Source: Catajapyx aquilonaris (Eukaryota). Taken from it: 64,000 bases of DNA. The translations under genes were made by a program, and so were the position numbers. This document shows, in pieces, positions 23,901-36,088 of the stretch. Position 1 is the first letter of the stretch, and each line of letters begins with the position of its first letter. Location: NCBI GenBank assembly GCA_000934665.2, contig KZ538002.1, positions 62,001 through 126,000 of the forward strand, given 5' to 3'. The notes under the pieces are model-generated. The model saw only the letters and a program-made list of their open reading frames with translations. It had not been told where the DNA came from and did no database searches.

Positions 23901-26564
23901 TTCTGCCCCGGACTGTACCCGTCACAGCATCTGCCTTCACTTGCACCCCCATTGCGAAGGCCCATTCTAGCCGCGATTCATGCCCTTCATTACCCTCACC
24001 TATCACTTTCTAATCTCTGTTCCCCAACAAAGACAACCAGTACATAATAGTGACATCACAGTACCTGAGATTCCCGGTAACCACAATTTATTAACGTAGT
24101 CCACAAGAGTCAACAGTCGGATGCTACGGGGTCCCCCCCAAGATAATATATTTTGTCAAACATTTATGATCACCCGGACTACCTCATCTAGTCCACTTTG
24201 TTCTCTTTATGACGCTTCAATGCGACGCAATAAATGTTCGTTCCCTCAAGAGTCGTAGTCCTTGAGAACCCTTGCGATTGAATTCTCTGCCCCCACCTAC
24301 AAGGGGATGCGGAAAAAATATATTATACATACAACCCAGAACACATAGGACGGTGCTAGTACTAGGCCCTGATTTACAACTGGGAGGCCCCCTGATGACC
24401 CTTAAATCTAAAGGCGGCTGCTAATGAACCGGGTTGTTTGAAGTTTTTTTTCAGGTGGGGGAGGAGTTTGGGGTGGGGGTGGGGGCCTGCACCACTGGGT
24501 GTCACACGGTCGCCGTCATCAAGCGATCAATGTCGTCAATTAGTGACCGCTAATAATAGGTGGGAGGAGGGGTGTCTTAGGGTTGCATCAGCAGTCAAAA
24601 TTGGGGTGGGCAAGGGGGGGGAGGGGGTCATCTGCCTGTGTGGTCCCCCAGGTGCTTCTGGGAACGATCCTGTCATAAAAGCAATTCGTCCGGAGCCTAC
24701 CAGACATATGCTGCACCTCTCGTCCGGAACATAACCCGAACAACTATAGTGACATTACGTGCCGACCTGTTGTTCTGGACTTCATTATACATAATTAGCA
24801 TGTATACAACAGGTGATGTAATTATTAATTTTTTGGCTCTTCTTTTTTTGCGGACATGGACAGCCGCCATAAAGGTAGGCTTTTTCACGTATCCTGCATT
24901 CCCTCAAATTAAGTTTGCAACGCTGGCATGTTTTTTTTTTTTTTTTGCGTTATTGACGGTTTAGCCATGTGCCTAACGAGCTCAGGCAGAATGAGGCAGT
25001 GGCGTCAGAACTTTAGGGCTTCAAGAGCATGCGATACTCCCATCAGCCAACACCATTTCTGATTTTTAGTACACCCCTGTCCGCTAGGGCACATAATCAA
25101 ATGTTGAACTCTGAGAATAAATTTAATAGTGCGCAATATTAAATGGGCAATCACATCGTTGTGACTTACGAGATCCAATGCTGGTGGCCTGGACAGCTCC
25201 GACCACTGTTGAAGGCGGTACATCCTCTCTGACGTCGAAGTTGTAGCGAGGGCTTTCGAATAGGGGAGGTTTCTGACTTGCGTCGATAACACTGACGAGC
25301 ACTTCGGCGTCGACAGCGGACCGCAATCCGGGACCGTCGGTTGCTGACACTCGGAGGTGGTGAAGTGGTGTGCGTCGCCGGAGGCTTCTGGTGACAAATA
25401 TCTCACCGGATTTGGCGTCAATCCGGAAGATACCGGCGTCATTTCCACCGACGATGGAGTATCGTACGCGTCCGAATGAACCGGAGTCCTTGTCGGTGGC
25501 TGCCACCACCACTATGGGCGTCGACGTCGATGGTCCATCTTCCTCTTCGCGCAAACTCACGTTGTATTCGCGAGGATAAAACACAGGTCGGTTGTCGTTG
25601 ACGTCAGTCACTTGTATCTTCACCATAGCAGTCGTACTCAAGCCACCTGAAAAAACATCAGAAGTTTAGTTCATTTGTTCCCAGCGACCAGTTGTCTGGA
25701 CCCTTCAGAGAAATACAGTTTTAAATGTTTATATTAGTACCGCGTACCCATTTTGTACAGGTTGAGAGTGTAGGCTATGAAATTTGTTTATCAATAATTG
25801 TTGATGCATCCCAGTGCGATTCAAATTGAGGTTCTATGAAAGGTCGTGAAGATCCATGAAAGAGATTGTAATCAAGGCATCCCTGTGACCTCCGAGGTCA
25901 CGACGGCTTTACTGTGGCTGACATCTCCGCGATCTCCTCATTCATCATTCACCGAAGAAGCGACGGTCACGGATCCGCTTGACCCGCTCAAAACGGGCGA
26001 TGAAAGGTATTTTTGACCGATTCTGATTATTCCATAAGATGAAATTGAATCCCGGCAAAGTGGCCAAAGTCCTAGGCCGAAGGGACTGGAGTCATCAGTT
26101 TCTTTGCGCAGCCCTGCTGGTGTATGGCAGGCACCCCCTGCTGCTAAACGAGAAACGCGCATGGCATGAATCCAGTCATTCTTGTTCAAAACGGCTTCGG
26201 CACAGCCTTTTTGGGTCCTCATTTCCGTAGCCAGCAGCCACGCATTCATTATAAGGAGTCAATTAATTACGAGGGAATTGATTACGGAAAACTTGGGGTT
26301 CCATAAAATTAACACCTCGGACTGAATAAGCCACCACAATATGGGCCAGTCAGCACCATTGTTGTATTTTGACATCAACTTACCTCTGTCAGTGGCGACG
26401 ATAGGAAACTCGTAGATATTCTTCCTTTCGTGGTCCAGCTGATTGGCTAAGCAGATGGCGCCGGTGACTGACTGCACCTTGAACTCGTTGAACCTCCCGT
26501 ATCCACTTCCAATGGTGTAGTTGACCATCGCGTTGACTCCACAGTCCGGATCAGTCGCAGACAC
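739..26564 (-). CDS. ds: dachsous-like atypical cadherin, 5'-partial gene model (18 exons in window, 2672 aa)
   Basis: Tandem cadherin repeats (DxNDNxPxF, LDRE/LDYE, AxDxG), TM segment [25 protein letters not shown], and Ds-type cytoplasmic motifs [16 protein letters not shown] and [44 protein letters not shown]. Exon lengths sum to 8019 nt with all intron phases consistent. Confidence 0.95.
3047..3394. mobile_element. non-autonomous hAT MITE
   Basis: TIRs CAGTGTTCAAAA / TTTCGAACCCTG, perfect 8-bp TSD TTTCTAAT (3039-3046, 3395-3402), repeated subterminal GTCGCCAA/GGCGAC motifs. Confidence 0.88.
3651..3791 (-). CDS. ds: ds coding exon ([14 protein letters not shown]...AFQITS), not in the ORF track
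   Basis: Acceptor ccacag|C, donor AG|gtact; completes a cadherin repeat in frame. Confidence 0.9.
3857..4154 (-). CDS. ds: ds coding exon ([11 protein letters not shown]...FTREVY)
   Basis: Acceptor tttcag|AA, donor AC|gtacgt, followed by a 65-bp intron. Confidence 0.92.
4286..4585 (-). CDS. ds: ds coding exon ([14 protein letters not shown]...YQTTLE)
   Basis: Acceptor tcgcag|GA, donor G|gtatg. Confidence 0.92.
4938..5223 (-). CDS. ds: ds coding exon ([14 protein letters not shown]...VNVNE)
   Basis: Acceptor ttctag|GTC, donor G|gtaaa. Confidence 0.92.
5362..5679 (-). CDS. ds: ds coding exon ([15 protein letters not shown]...TFVTQ)
   Basis: Acceptor acatag|GTG, donor CAG|gtata. Confidence 0.92.
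5769..6036 (-). CDS. ds: ds coding exon ([14 protein letters not shown]...RDVVQ)
   Basis: Acceptor ttacag|T, donor CAG|gtgag. Confidence 0.92.
6748..8080 (+). pseudogene. decayed hAT transposase
   Basis: 7931-8078 reads [49 protein letters not shown] (hAT C-terminal dimerisation motif, one frameshift). Weaker C..HT..LVTT and VQG remnants lie upstream, so the 5' limit is approximate. Confidence 0.78.
8157..8721. mobile_element. MITE with ~65-bp TIRs and an internal fold-back, nested in the hAT remnant
   Basis: AGGGTCATTCAGATGAAAACGAGC... / ...GCTCGTTTTCATCTGAATGACCCT with TA(TA) flanks; second inverted pair at ~8378-8475 / ~8526-8622. Confidence 0.85.
8880..8957 (+). mobile_element. right end of the hAT element carrying the decayed transposase
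   Basis: TTAG-rich subterminal repeats ending GCTGCCCACCACTG (reverse complement CAGTGGTGGGCAGC, a hAT-type terminus); matching left TIR not found. Confidence 0.55.
9320..9359 (+). mobile_element. 40-bp 5'-truncated retroposon 3' end with (AAAT)n tail
   Basis: 15-bp TSD ATGTGTGCCTGCCCT at 9305-9319 and 9360-9374. Confidence 0.8.
9545..9793 (-). CDS. ds: ds coding exon ([10 protein letters not shown]...NADIVY)
   Basis: Acceptor ttccag|T, donor AG|gtaa. Confidence 0.92.
9902..10271 (-). CDS. ds: ds coding exon ([11 protein letters not shown]...ISTTG)
   Basis: Acceptor ctgcag|GG, donor GG|gtaagt. Confidence 0.92.
10369..10713 (-). CDS. ds: ds coding exon ([12 protein letters not shown]...YSITG)
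   Basis: Acceptor ttctag|GT, donor G|gtatg. Confidence 0.92.
10857..11874 (-). CDS. ds: ds coding exon ([12 protein letters not shown]...VDNDLG), about three cadherin repeats
   Basis: Acceptor ttaccag|GTA, donor G|gtgag. Confidence 0.93.
12892..13115 (-). CDS. ds: ds coding exon ([13 protein letters not shown]...SFTFR)
   Basis: Acceptor caacag|GG, donor CGG|gtaag. Confidence 0.92.
13196..13474 (-). CDS. ds: ds coding exon ([13 protein letters not shown]...YSIVSG)
   Basis: Acceptor ctgtag|GT, donor G|gtaag. Confidence 0.92.
14407..14449. repeat. compound (GT)n(GA)n microsatellite
   Basis: Seen directly. Confidence 0.9.
14612..15350 (-). mobile_element. probable degenerate Gypsy-type LTR retrotransposon gag-pro remnant
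   Basis: Degenerate zinc knuckle ([17 protein letters not shown]) followed by protease-like fragments (EGSLDGI..., STVQVHLS) broken by stops and frameshifts; no LTRs seen. Confidence 0.4.
16284..16813. mobile_element. non-autonomous hAT MITE
   Basis: TIRs CAGTGACGTATT / AATACACCCCTG, perfect 8-bp TSD ATCCTGGT (16276-16283, 16814-16821), subterminal GCCGCCCCT repeats. Confidence 0.9.
16497..16681. mobile_element. fold-back element nested in the hAT MITE
   Basis: ~70-bp imperfect arms (CCCAAGGTGAATC..GATGCCCAGACC..TAAGGGCGAAAGTC versus its reverse complement). Confidence 0.75.
20160..20568 (-). CDS. ds: ds coding exon ([14 protein letters not shown]...INAVTG)
   Basis: Acceptor tttcag|GTG, donor G|gtaag. 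Confidence 0.93.
20688..21107 (-). CDS. ds: ds coding exon ([13 protein letters not shown]...SQFLQ)
   Basis: Acceptor gcacag|GTA, donor CAG|gtagg. Confidence 0.92.
21559..21734 (-). CDS. ds: ds coding exon ([13 protein letters not shown]...YGHSQ)
   Basis: Acceptor ttttcag|GA, donor CAG|gtaat. Confidence 0.92.
23732..23780. repeat. perfect 24-bp-arm palindrome with 1-nt spacer
   Basis: ACACTGTACATACAGAATTTACGC-A-GCGTAAATTCTGTATGTACAGTGT. Confidence 0.95.
25170..25646 (-). CDS. ds: ds coding exon ([20 protein letters not shown]...ATSIGS)
   Basis: Acceptor ttttcag|GT, donor C|gtaagt, phases 1/1. Confidence 0.93.
26384..26564 (-). CDS. ds: ds coding exon (first in window), [19 protein letters not shown]...ATDRG
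   Basis: Acceptor tggcag|GTG, donor G|gtaag, cadherin repeat sequence. Confidence 0.93.
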
Positions 26565-28782
26565 CTGCCAACAAAACCGCATTTATTATTACACCGGCGC
26601 TAATTACATTCCAGCAGCAGCAATGAAGAGCGTACGGTCAGTGACAGAGCAATCAACATGGCGGTATCTGTCGGAAGGAAATTCGATGCGACACCCACAT
26701 AAGACAACCGCATTCCTCTAGCTGGGTACAAACGGCCGCCATTTATCTCCGTGATGAACAAGCAGTGCAAACCGACACCCTAGCTCTAGACACTGGACGA
26801 ACATGCTACGCCGGACGGACTTTGGAGATGTTCGACCCTCATTAATCTGGACGGTGCCGGTAGTTGTTCCCACCCCCGCGAGGGTGTACCGGTGAACGTA
26901 CCGGGCTTCACTTCAAAAATCATGGCAAGGCTTTCACTTGATCCTTACGCCGACAAAGGTGGCATATTTCGGCGAATTGAACGCCTATTAATAGAGATAG
27001 GTGTAGATAACCCCTTCTCGGCCAGCATTTCTCAGGCCTTCTGACACCCGAACAAATGGGAGGTGGCCTCCGTCTCTCGGCCGGGCCGTGTGAAGAGCAT
27101 TGTCAAAAAATAAGAGTTCATCATCACCGATGCTACAGCAGCTCCGTGGCAATAAGAGCCAACGGCCCCTTACCCGAACAGAACCGAAGGGGGGTCTTTG
27201 TATGCTGCTCACCTCCCACAATGCGCTGGGCCAAAGGATCAGGTCGCATTTCGCACCTCTCACGCTATTGTTTCCACGACCAAGCTGCCATAGCCTATCA
27301 AGCGGCGAATCAACAGGTTATTTTTGTCAATAATAGCGCAAAATAATTACATTTTTTCGTCAAACTCTCAGCGCCGCCGCGCCGTGTGGTGTCGTTTCAA
27401 AACAAACGCGCAATATTGCACACTTTGAAGCAAATCTGAATTATAATGACGTCAAAAGGGAAGGTGCCAAAAATCGCTCAAACAATTCGGCAGTGCTGGG
27501 TTTGTAAGGCGGTAAAAAAACTTCTTTTCTGTCCCTTTTGGACCGACTGCTGGGCCAATTACAAGGCTCCACCTCTCCTCCCGTAGAGATGTTGTGGCCC
27601 AGACCAAAGGACCTTCGACAGGTGAACGCGACGCCCCTGCTGGAGTGGGGACATTAGACCCTCATTTATTACCTGAAAAGGAACCGGGGGGTGGGGAGAA
27701 GAGGAGGAAGGGAGGGAGGGAGGGATGAAAGATGTCGAGGGGGGGAATTGTTGGGAACGATGATCCGAAATATTCAGACTGTGTTTCTTCTCCAGGTGGA
27801 AGAAACACCTCTTTTCCCCTACTGCCCCCTCCCCTCCTCCGCCCACCCTTACTCACATTCCTGTGGGCCAGGTGATTAATTGAGAGAGTTCTCCCTCTCC
27901 CTCCCCTCCTCCCTCTTCCTCCCCCCCCCCCAATTCGCAAAGGCTTGGATGTATGCTTATCGCGTCAGGATGACAGCTCCGGGAGCCGCCTGATGAACGG
28001 CGGGGCCAGGGTCTCTTCTGGCTTTTTGGGGACTCCCCCAAACTCTTTGCGACTTGTGGAGGAATGTCACGCCCCTACAGACTTGTCCCCAACTCTACCC
28101 TCTCCCTTTTTTCCCCTCCAAGAGATTCGGCTGCTGCCTCCTCTGTTGTTTCAGATAAAGCTATCCACTTCTTGATTCCTGCCCACACTTTGTATTCGTG
28201 AGGATGTAATGTGCGTCAGACCCTTTCGACTTGGAGCCAAAAGTGGACATAATTGAGGCTCACTACTTGTATGAGTTTGGAGACAACACAGGGTGGGCCT
28301 AGTCCTTGATCTGAGGCCAGCAGCACCCATGGACCCAATCTCTAGGCAGCTGAGGGGAGTCCCTCTTATAATCTCCTCTATCAAATTCAAAGTGACTTTC
28401 ACAATGGAAGCCTTCAGTGCAGAAAGTAGCAAGACAAGGCTCGGGACATGTTCCGTGGCACCGATACGAGCAATCTCTAGCCCTCCCCTCCGTGGGTTCG
28501 CTTCCTGATTTGCACTGTCATCGTGCCAACGTGGAGTCATGCACTGGTTCCAGTGAAGACATCATTTCTCGGTTTGAACTCATGTTGCGCTCAGGTCCTC
28601 CCCCGAATGAACTTTCGGTCACATGTGTCCAGTCGTAAAAACTAGGACCCGTCAATCTGTCAATCATAAAATTTTGTCACATTAGTGGACTCATTAAGGG
28701 AGCGGGGTGGAGCCACGCCTGCGTGTCAGTTGATAAGGGGACAAGGGATGGCCCTGGGAGCTGCTGTTGTCCTCTTCGTCGT

Positions 28783-28801
28783 CTCTCTCTTTCTCTCATC
28801 T

Positions 28802-28838
<37 letters not shown>
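28783..28838. repeat. (CT)n / GAGA microsatellite
   Basis: Seen directly, imperfect 5' part. Confidence 0.9.
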
Positions 28839-28842
<4 letters not shown>

Positions 28843-31800
28843 GCCCAAAACCTGTTTTGGGGTCCACCATCCCCACCTCTTGTCGCATCGCGACAATTTC
28901 ACGCGTTCCGCCGCCCTTCGTTCACACTACATTCCCCCCTGCTCGGCTCCTCCCCCCTCCTCGTTCCTCCCACTATACACCCATCCACACAACCAGTCCA
29001 CCACATCATCATTGGAAGTAAAATAATAATGAGCCCGGACTGCTGACTCCCCCCTCTGATAACATTCGTGTTGGTCACCCCAGTACACACCTTCTCAAAA
29101 GTAACCCTTACTAGTGGACGGGTGTAATATTTCTTCGATATTTGTTTAAAAAATTGATATTTAAAATGGCCCTGTCACCTGCCTGCTAAAGAATAGCTTT
29201 TTGTTTTCGAGCAAAGAATTAGTAATATTTTTAAGTACGTGCCTGACAATCGTGAGACCGGCACCTAATATATAAACCCTAAATTTCCGATTATCAGTTG
29301 CCAGATGAAGCGTTGCTGTCGGCCTCTGACAGTTCCCAGGAAACTTCTTTCAAGTATTGATGATGTAGCATTAACACTTTGTCTCCTTTCTCCCCCCTTC
29401 TCTCCCCCACCTGCACCACACACCTTCTTCTTTCAATACATGGAAAGAGCCCGCGGCCCTGTAAATTAGCCCCCGAGTCGGTGCCAATATAATTAACAGC
29501 TTTGATTTAGGATTTCCTTCTATCAGCAGGTTGGGAGGAACAGTTTTATTCAATTAAGACTCTTGGCACATGGGCCCATTTTTTATTCGGTGGGGTCGCC
29601 CACTCTACCCCGACTACGACACGTCAGGAGCGGCTTTGCAGCCTACGGATAGAGAATCCTTAATAAACGCCATACCTTTCCCTTCTCACGCGGACCCTGT
29701 TCATTTGTCTGATAGCAAGACCCCAAAATGCATTTGAAGTCTCTCCCCCCTCCAAACATGGGGACAAAAAAGGGAAGCCGGGGACAATTATTTCTGAACA
29801 AGAGATCCCGAGCTGTCAGTGTCGGCGAGGTGTCCGGAAAGTACGACACGAGCACTTTAGGCGCAATTCGCCTACCTTGATTGACTCGTTACTGTGTTTA
29901 TCCACATGAATGCTGCTGATGCAGAGGGGGTTTTGTAGTAAGACCAGATCACTTCTCATTCCCGATTGGATTAGGCTACTCTAGTTGGGGGGAACCATAA
30001 ATCCTAAGCCTGACATGCTAACCTACTACTGGATATTGCGATCGACTAATTTATGGATTGCCCACGGTTTCAGGACACATTTTTATACGTGACCAAGATT
30101 TACGCCACCTTTTACAGATACGTTTTTTTCCCTTCTTGCTTGGCAGGTGGGAAAAAATGTCGCGATGCTGGAATTCAGAATGCACATGACAGCAAACATT
30201 TAGGAAAAGAGTTCATTATTCATCCAGCACTAATGACGAATCAAGTCATATATTACTGAGAAATGCCACTTAGATCATTGTACAGGGGGGTGAAGGTGGC
30301 ATGAATTGTAGGAATATTTTGTGTGGCTAATTCCAACATTTGCTTTATTATACGCAGGTTTGCAAAAAATTGTCGCAATTTAAGATATACATGTCACAGC
30401 GACAGTTGCATTTATACACTAGGAATATGCCTGTATACAGAAACTGATAAAAGTTAATGTTGTAATTAAGACCGCGTAAGTTATGACCCGGAATTATATT
30501 AATCCTTTCGACTACATTAGCTTACACGACAATGAAAACTTTCGTACATATTTTTTTATACCCCTGCTTATATTGCACGGTGTATCCTGACTCGCTGATG
30601 CAGAATGGCTTCTTGTCAAGTAACAAACCCCTCCACGTGCAAGTATGTAACTTAGGCGTATCCCTAAAGACTTCTTTGTCCAAGGAAGAAGGGGGGAAAA
30701 AACGGCGGCGGATATTTTGGGGTCCCGGTAGCCCTCATTAGCTCCAGATCCCATCTTTTGTCGGGCTACTTTGAAGCTCGAGGGGTGAAAATCGGACGTG
30801 AATGAACACTTATTCCATTTTCCTGTATTTTGTCTTATCTTGTACCCCTTTTGTCTTCCTAAGTGTCAAGTATGAGGAAAATCCGGTGGAAAAAAAAGCC
30901 AGTTGTTGTTCTTCCTCCCCTTTGTGTTGAATACGTGATTGGGGAAGACGATGGAAACATTACACACTCGTTATTTGCTTCTATCACACAACTGACGTTT
31001 TGATAAGATGGAAATACTTTCGGAGCCGGAATTTGGAAAGGAACTTTGCACTTAGGAGAATGGGTTGGACCGGGTGGGACGTCCTAAGACGAAGGAAAAG
31101 GAGGACAAATTGCAGCTGTGTCCATCATTACCCCCCAAAGCAGCTGCCGCATTAGTACCCGATTTGATTCTTAGGGGGGGAGGCAGTAAAAATAAGTCGA
31201 AAAGTGCAGGAAATTGGGGGAAGAAACTTGTTAGACTTCACCGACATTTGTAATCAGCACGACTTTGCAGCTTTTAAATCTCGAGACAATTTGCAGTGGC
31301 AACCACTTTCGAGGAATCGTTACCTTGGCGGGTGGAGTAAAAAAAAATGTCTGTCACGTAACTTTTTCGAACTCACGGTCCTCCGGCTTTTGCCGGCTTT
31401 GGTGTGCCCTGTGTTTAAGGTCGTAATGAGACTCACTCAGGTTGTCTAACTGCGGAAAGTGACGACCACAAGGAGGGGTATAGCATTTTTGACCACAAGG
31501 GAAAACGTGAAATGATGAGAAATATATTTTTTCGTCTGATTCGCATGCCACAATGTCCTTCTTTCGAGTAAAAAATATATAACTTACGAGAATTAGTTCC
31601 ATTTCATATGGATGTTCGAATATATTCAAATTATTCATAATGCCGGGCAGCACCAATAAAATGACCAATTTTCAGGCTATAATTGGAGTAGGAGAAAGCA
31701 AGAACCGCTCGTATGTGACTTGTTTTGGAGTCAAATCGTTTTATTGGCTTAGAATTGCAATACACAAACTAGGAAACCTCGAGTAAATTTTAATAAAAGT

Positions 31801-33757
31801 AACAAAGAAAATTCTCACTCGCGTATAATTTTAATGACAGAGTGCAACATAGTATGCAGTGTACCATGTGGTCCAAGTCCCCACACCGGATAATTTTTAA
31901 TAGGTAGTCAAATGCAAAATGCTATCTCAACCACCGAGCTGGAATCGTAACGACATGAATCAACATAATTATATTGTTCGTATAAATCATCTTCACACCA
32001 CTGGGTAACCTCGATTTATCATTATTAATTATTAAAATATTATCGACCATATGGTGTGTGGAGTTTTACCTCGTACCACCTGATACAATATATTTTATTA
32101 TACTCCGATAATTAAATAGCGTTTAATCTGCCAGCAAAAAGCGTTACAAGTGCAATCGGAAAAATTACAACCGCAATTACCGGTGCACAAGTGTGGGATA
32201 CCAAATTAGCGTACATCAAGAAGATAGGTGTGGAACGTCTGCTTGCCACGGCTTTCACATATTGTCTCCACACTTGTCTCAGAAAACCTAGGGAATATTT
32301 ATGACCAGAGCTCAGTGCGTATCCTCCACACGCCGACTTTTAGCAATAATAGGCTCTCAAGCGTCAACAACTCAATCGGACCATTAAGTATCTGTTGATG
32401 AGCTGCCATTAGAAGGCGGCCAGATTAACAGTAGCTGCACCCAGGAAGATGCCAACAAAAATGTGTTGACATCCCCTGATGTCTTCATCATGAGGTGACA
32501 CTCAAGATGGGGTAAAAAAATATACGGCTTCAAAGGGAAGTGTTGATGCAACTTTGGCGGTTAGGTTTTATTTTTGTAGAAAAAAAAAGGACGAGAAGAA
32601 GGAGGGAGGATCTACAAACAAAGTCCGGATTATAGAGAGAAAGTGGAACAGGGTATATATAGTTAATAGCGTAAATTATTTGTATTGCTATACAAAGGAA
32701 GCGGTATATTCAACAGAGTTGAAGTCTTTAGGACTTCCCTTTTTAGTCCCTAATTTTCCAAGGAAATATTATTCGGGAAAGAAATAATTCCAGTGATTTT
32801 GCAGCAGATTACGCCTGTAGGAGTGAGGTTACACTAAAATATGATCTTTTTTAATTACCACTTACTAGTATAATGACGTGCATTTTATATGAAAGGAATC
32901 ACATGGTTTCGGTTATTTCAGTAAATAAAGCTATACGTAAAATATGCCACAAGATTTATGATCATTTGCCACATCCTCTCGTAAGCATTATTATCATAAA
33001 ACGCACGCTTTTGCGCTGCAGTGTATTGCAATCTTAATTACATGATTCACAGCCATATATTACAACCGAGAAACAGCATTCCAAAAGTCTGGCGGTAAAA
33101 TATTTTGCTATTTGTGTCCAGAGACAGATACGGTACGTGTGCCATCATGACTATTTGGATTTTTTGGGGTAAAATTCATTCAAAAGCATTTATAGTAACA
33201 CGAAAAACATCTGGAATGCGGTAATATATTGACGCTGCTAAATGTGCAGTTACCTATTGAAATCACGCTCACCACACAATATGCATCATCAGGTCAGACC
33301 TAACAGAAGCCGACGGTTTTTTATAAACCTTGCCTACGCCATGTTTTTCTAATGCACCTGAGCCAAGGATATGCAACAAAGGAGCCAGGCCCGTTACACG
33401 TTCCGGCTTCTCATATGAAGTCTGACACCCATAGGAATGGCAATATTGAGTCATGCGGTTGGGAATCTCGACTGATTCCGAATGAGAATATTCTTCCGTA
33501 TCACGACTTGATCTGCTATTTTTTTCCCCCGTTCATGCCACGGTATACGTTTATACGTACTGTACGTGAACGCTGAACCAGTTCGAGAAACACGGTTCTG
33601 ATGTACGTTGAAAAATATACCACTGCGGGATAATCGCAGGGATTTGTCAGTAAGAATTCACCTCATTGCGTCCAATAATCCTACGTGTAATTATCGGTTA
33701 GGAGCAGTTCTGGTGGGTTGAAAACCGCAGTTGTGCACGGTTCGTGATTTTCTTTTT

Positions 33758-33759
<2 letters not shown>

Positions 33760-33818
<59 letters not shown>
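33760..33818. repeat. (TA)n microsatellite
   Basis: Seen directly. Confidence 0.95.
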
Positions 33819-33821
<3 letters not shown>

Positions 33822-36063
33822 TTTTGAAACATGGTGAGATGGGAGCCTAAGTTTGAAACACAACAGGGTCTGAAGACAAGTGGGATTTTTTAAGCTGAGG
33901 CAAACAATGCTGATGTCCGTCGAGAGGAAACAACAAGGGTTGGGTGGGATAGGGTTATATTGTGTATTTATCAAGGGGGGAAAGGATTGCCCCGTTGTGG
34001 CCCTGAGGGCCAAAAATGACAGATTCAAAAAAGGGGGCCATTTATCTCGTTCTGACTATGCAATTGTGTTTGCAGAGGTTGGGGGTACGCCTTCTCCGTT
34101 ATGATACAGGTCTGAAGGATGTTCGATGCCTTGCGTCTCGTACCAGACTCCGATGACTTTCCGGATGCCAACCTATTGTTGACACGAGTCCGGCAGGACA
34201 GCTGGATACAATATTTTGGACACATTCGTTAGAATACGTAATTGTTACGTCACATAACGCGACATCTGCAATTCTCAAGAAAAGTCAACAAAGCGTAGCT
34301 ATACTCAGCTTATAGAACACACAATTGGAAGATAACTGGTGGTGCGTGTATTTAATTACACCCTTATATTATCTCATTCGGAGAGGTCTATATCATGGAA
34401 AAGAGGATTAGGGCGGTGAAGTTATAGTTCACGTACACCAACCATTTGACCACGAAGGATGTAAATGATGATGTCTTAAATGACTTAATCTGCAGAAATT
34501 TCTCAAACGATTGTGCCCGAATTTATGAACCGGGCCCGCCTTTTCGAGATTAACAGGCCAGGTTTCGTCTGCATATTGGTGCAGAACACAGGACGTGAAT
34601 CCGAGTGTGCGAAAGGACCGACATCAAACCGCATAACTGCACACACAGCTGGCACGGATTTTGATATAACACACCAAACGGTTAGTGCCGCTTTCTCTAG
34701 TAAAACCTTAGGTCACAATCCGGATTTAAACCCCCATAATGCCAAATAAACCTTCCCCTGCCCCCACAAAGCCAGCCCTACCTATCCGTACTGAAAAGCA
34801 CAGAAGTCACCATAACTTGCACAACTCTCCTGGTGGGCTCCGGTACCAGCTTACCGCAGGATGACATTTCGCCGATTTAACCGCCGAAAAGCCACGATAT
34901 TTCTTTCTTTCTATTTTTTTTCCAGCTCCATCTGAACCCCCTGAAGGGGTTTCCATTTGATTTAGGTGCTAGTCTTCCTGAAGACTTATCCCCACCCCAC
35001 CTCCGAGGGCCCCCCGACCGATCTTACAATGCAATTTCACATTTTATGGCAGCCCGGTCATTTTCTACGGGCCGTAACTGCCCAGTCTGGTATATAAGGG
35101 TGTAGATGGAAAAGACTTCAACAGGAGGCTGCATCCTGATAAAAACATGGCTGGAAAGGGGGGGAGGGTCGGTAAAAAATATATATGAGAGGGGGAGGGG
35201 GTGGAAGGGGGTAAGTTTTTGTGCTTGTACTTAAGCCCTCGTCCGGTGTTCCGCTCGACAATTTGGGTTTTGGAACGTGAGCGGGCAGAAAAAATGTAAT
35301 GAGGGCGTGTACATGAGTTGCACTTGTGCAATAATCGGGGACGAAAAAAAGCGTGGGGCTAACCAGGAAGTTAATCATAATGAGGAGCAATTTTCTGAAC
35401 CGGAGTCTTTCCAATAATAAGATAGGAAGGTAAAAAATTGCAATTTAATAACACCGTTAGGTTTTCATTCAATCTATAACATAATAGGTAAGCTGGTTGC
35501 TTCAATGGAAAATGTTACTAGTCATGTTTGACAAAAGAGGGGACCTTCAGCGTGATGTTTCCTGACCACTGACCCGAACATCTGCTGCCTGTATTTTTAG
35601 GCGGGTTCTAAGAGCACCCGGTCGAATATCATAAGATATGTGTCATTTGCTAACTGATTCATAGCTGATTGACGAATATAACATTTTAGAATGAATTTGC
35701 CTATGGACGTGTGCAGAATGCGTCTTTTCCCGTCATTGCCGAGCCTGAAGGGTAGCAAATGAGATTATAGAAGTGGTGACAGAATCCTTTGACGGCCGGT
35801 GGCGCCACCCTTCGCTTTTTACAACTCTTCCTGCTGTGAAGAGTTTTACTCCAGGTTGATGGTCTTCGGTCCAAAATTATTGCGTGCCGCCTTTGCTCGC
35901 ACGTGCACGGGATTCTTAGGATGCCTCGATGAAAACGAGTGCATCAACTGCTGTTCTTTTCAATATCAAACATATTGAAAGCCTATAATGCCATTGTTGG
36001 TCACTACTTGGCGCAGTTATCGGGTTGCCTGCAGGTTATATATGCGTCATATATGTATATTTA

Positions 36064-36088
36064 TGGGGGTAGACAAATAAATAAATAA
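36064..36088 (+). mobile_element. 25-bp retroposon 3' tip with (AAAT)n tail
   Basis: 15-bp TSD ATATATGTATATTTA (36049-36063, 36089-36103); insert TGGGGGTAGACAAATAAATAAATAA resembles the end of the 9320 insert. Confidence 0.7.

Noticed and set aside
24997..25079. Mini hAT element (CAGTGGCGT...ACACCCCTG)
   Set aside because: TIR-like ends but no 8-bp TSD
28151..28638. Coding-looking stretches here and at 38404-38857 and 39038-39728
   Set aside because: No recognisable domain or coherent splice structure; may be decayed TE sequence, but I cannot support a call without BLASTX
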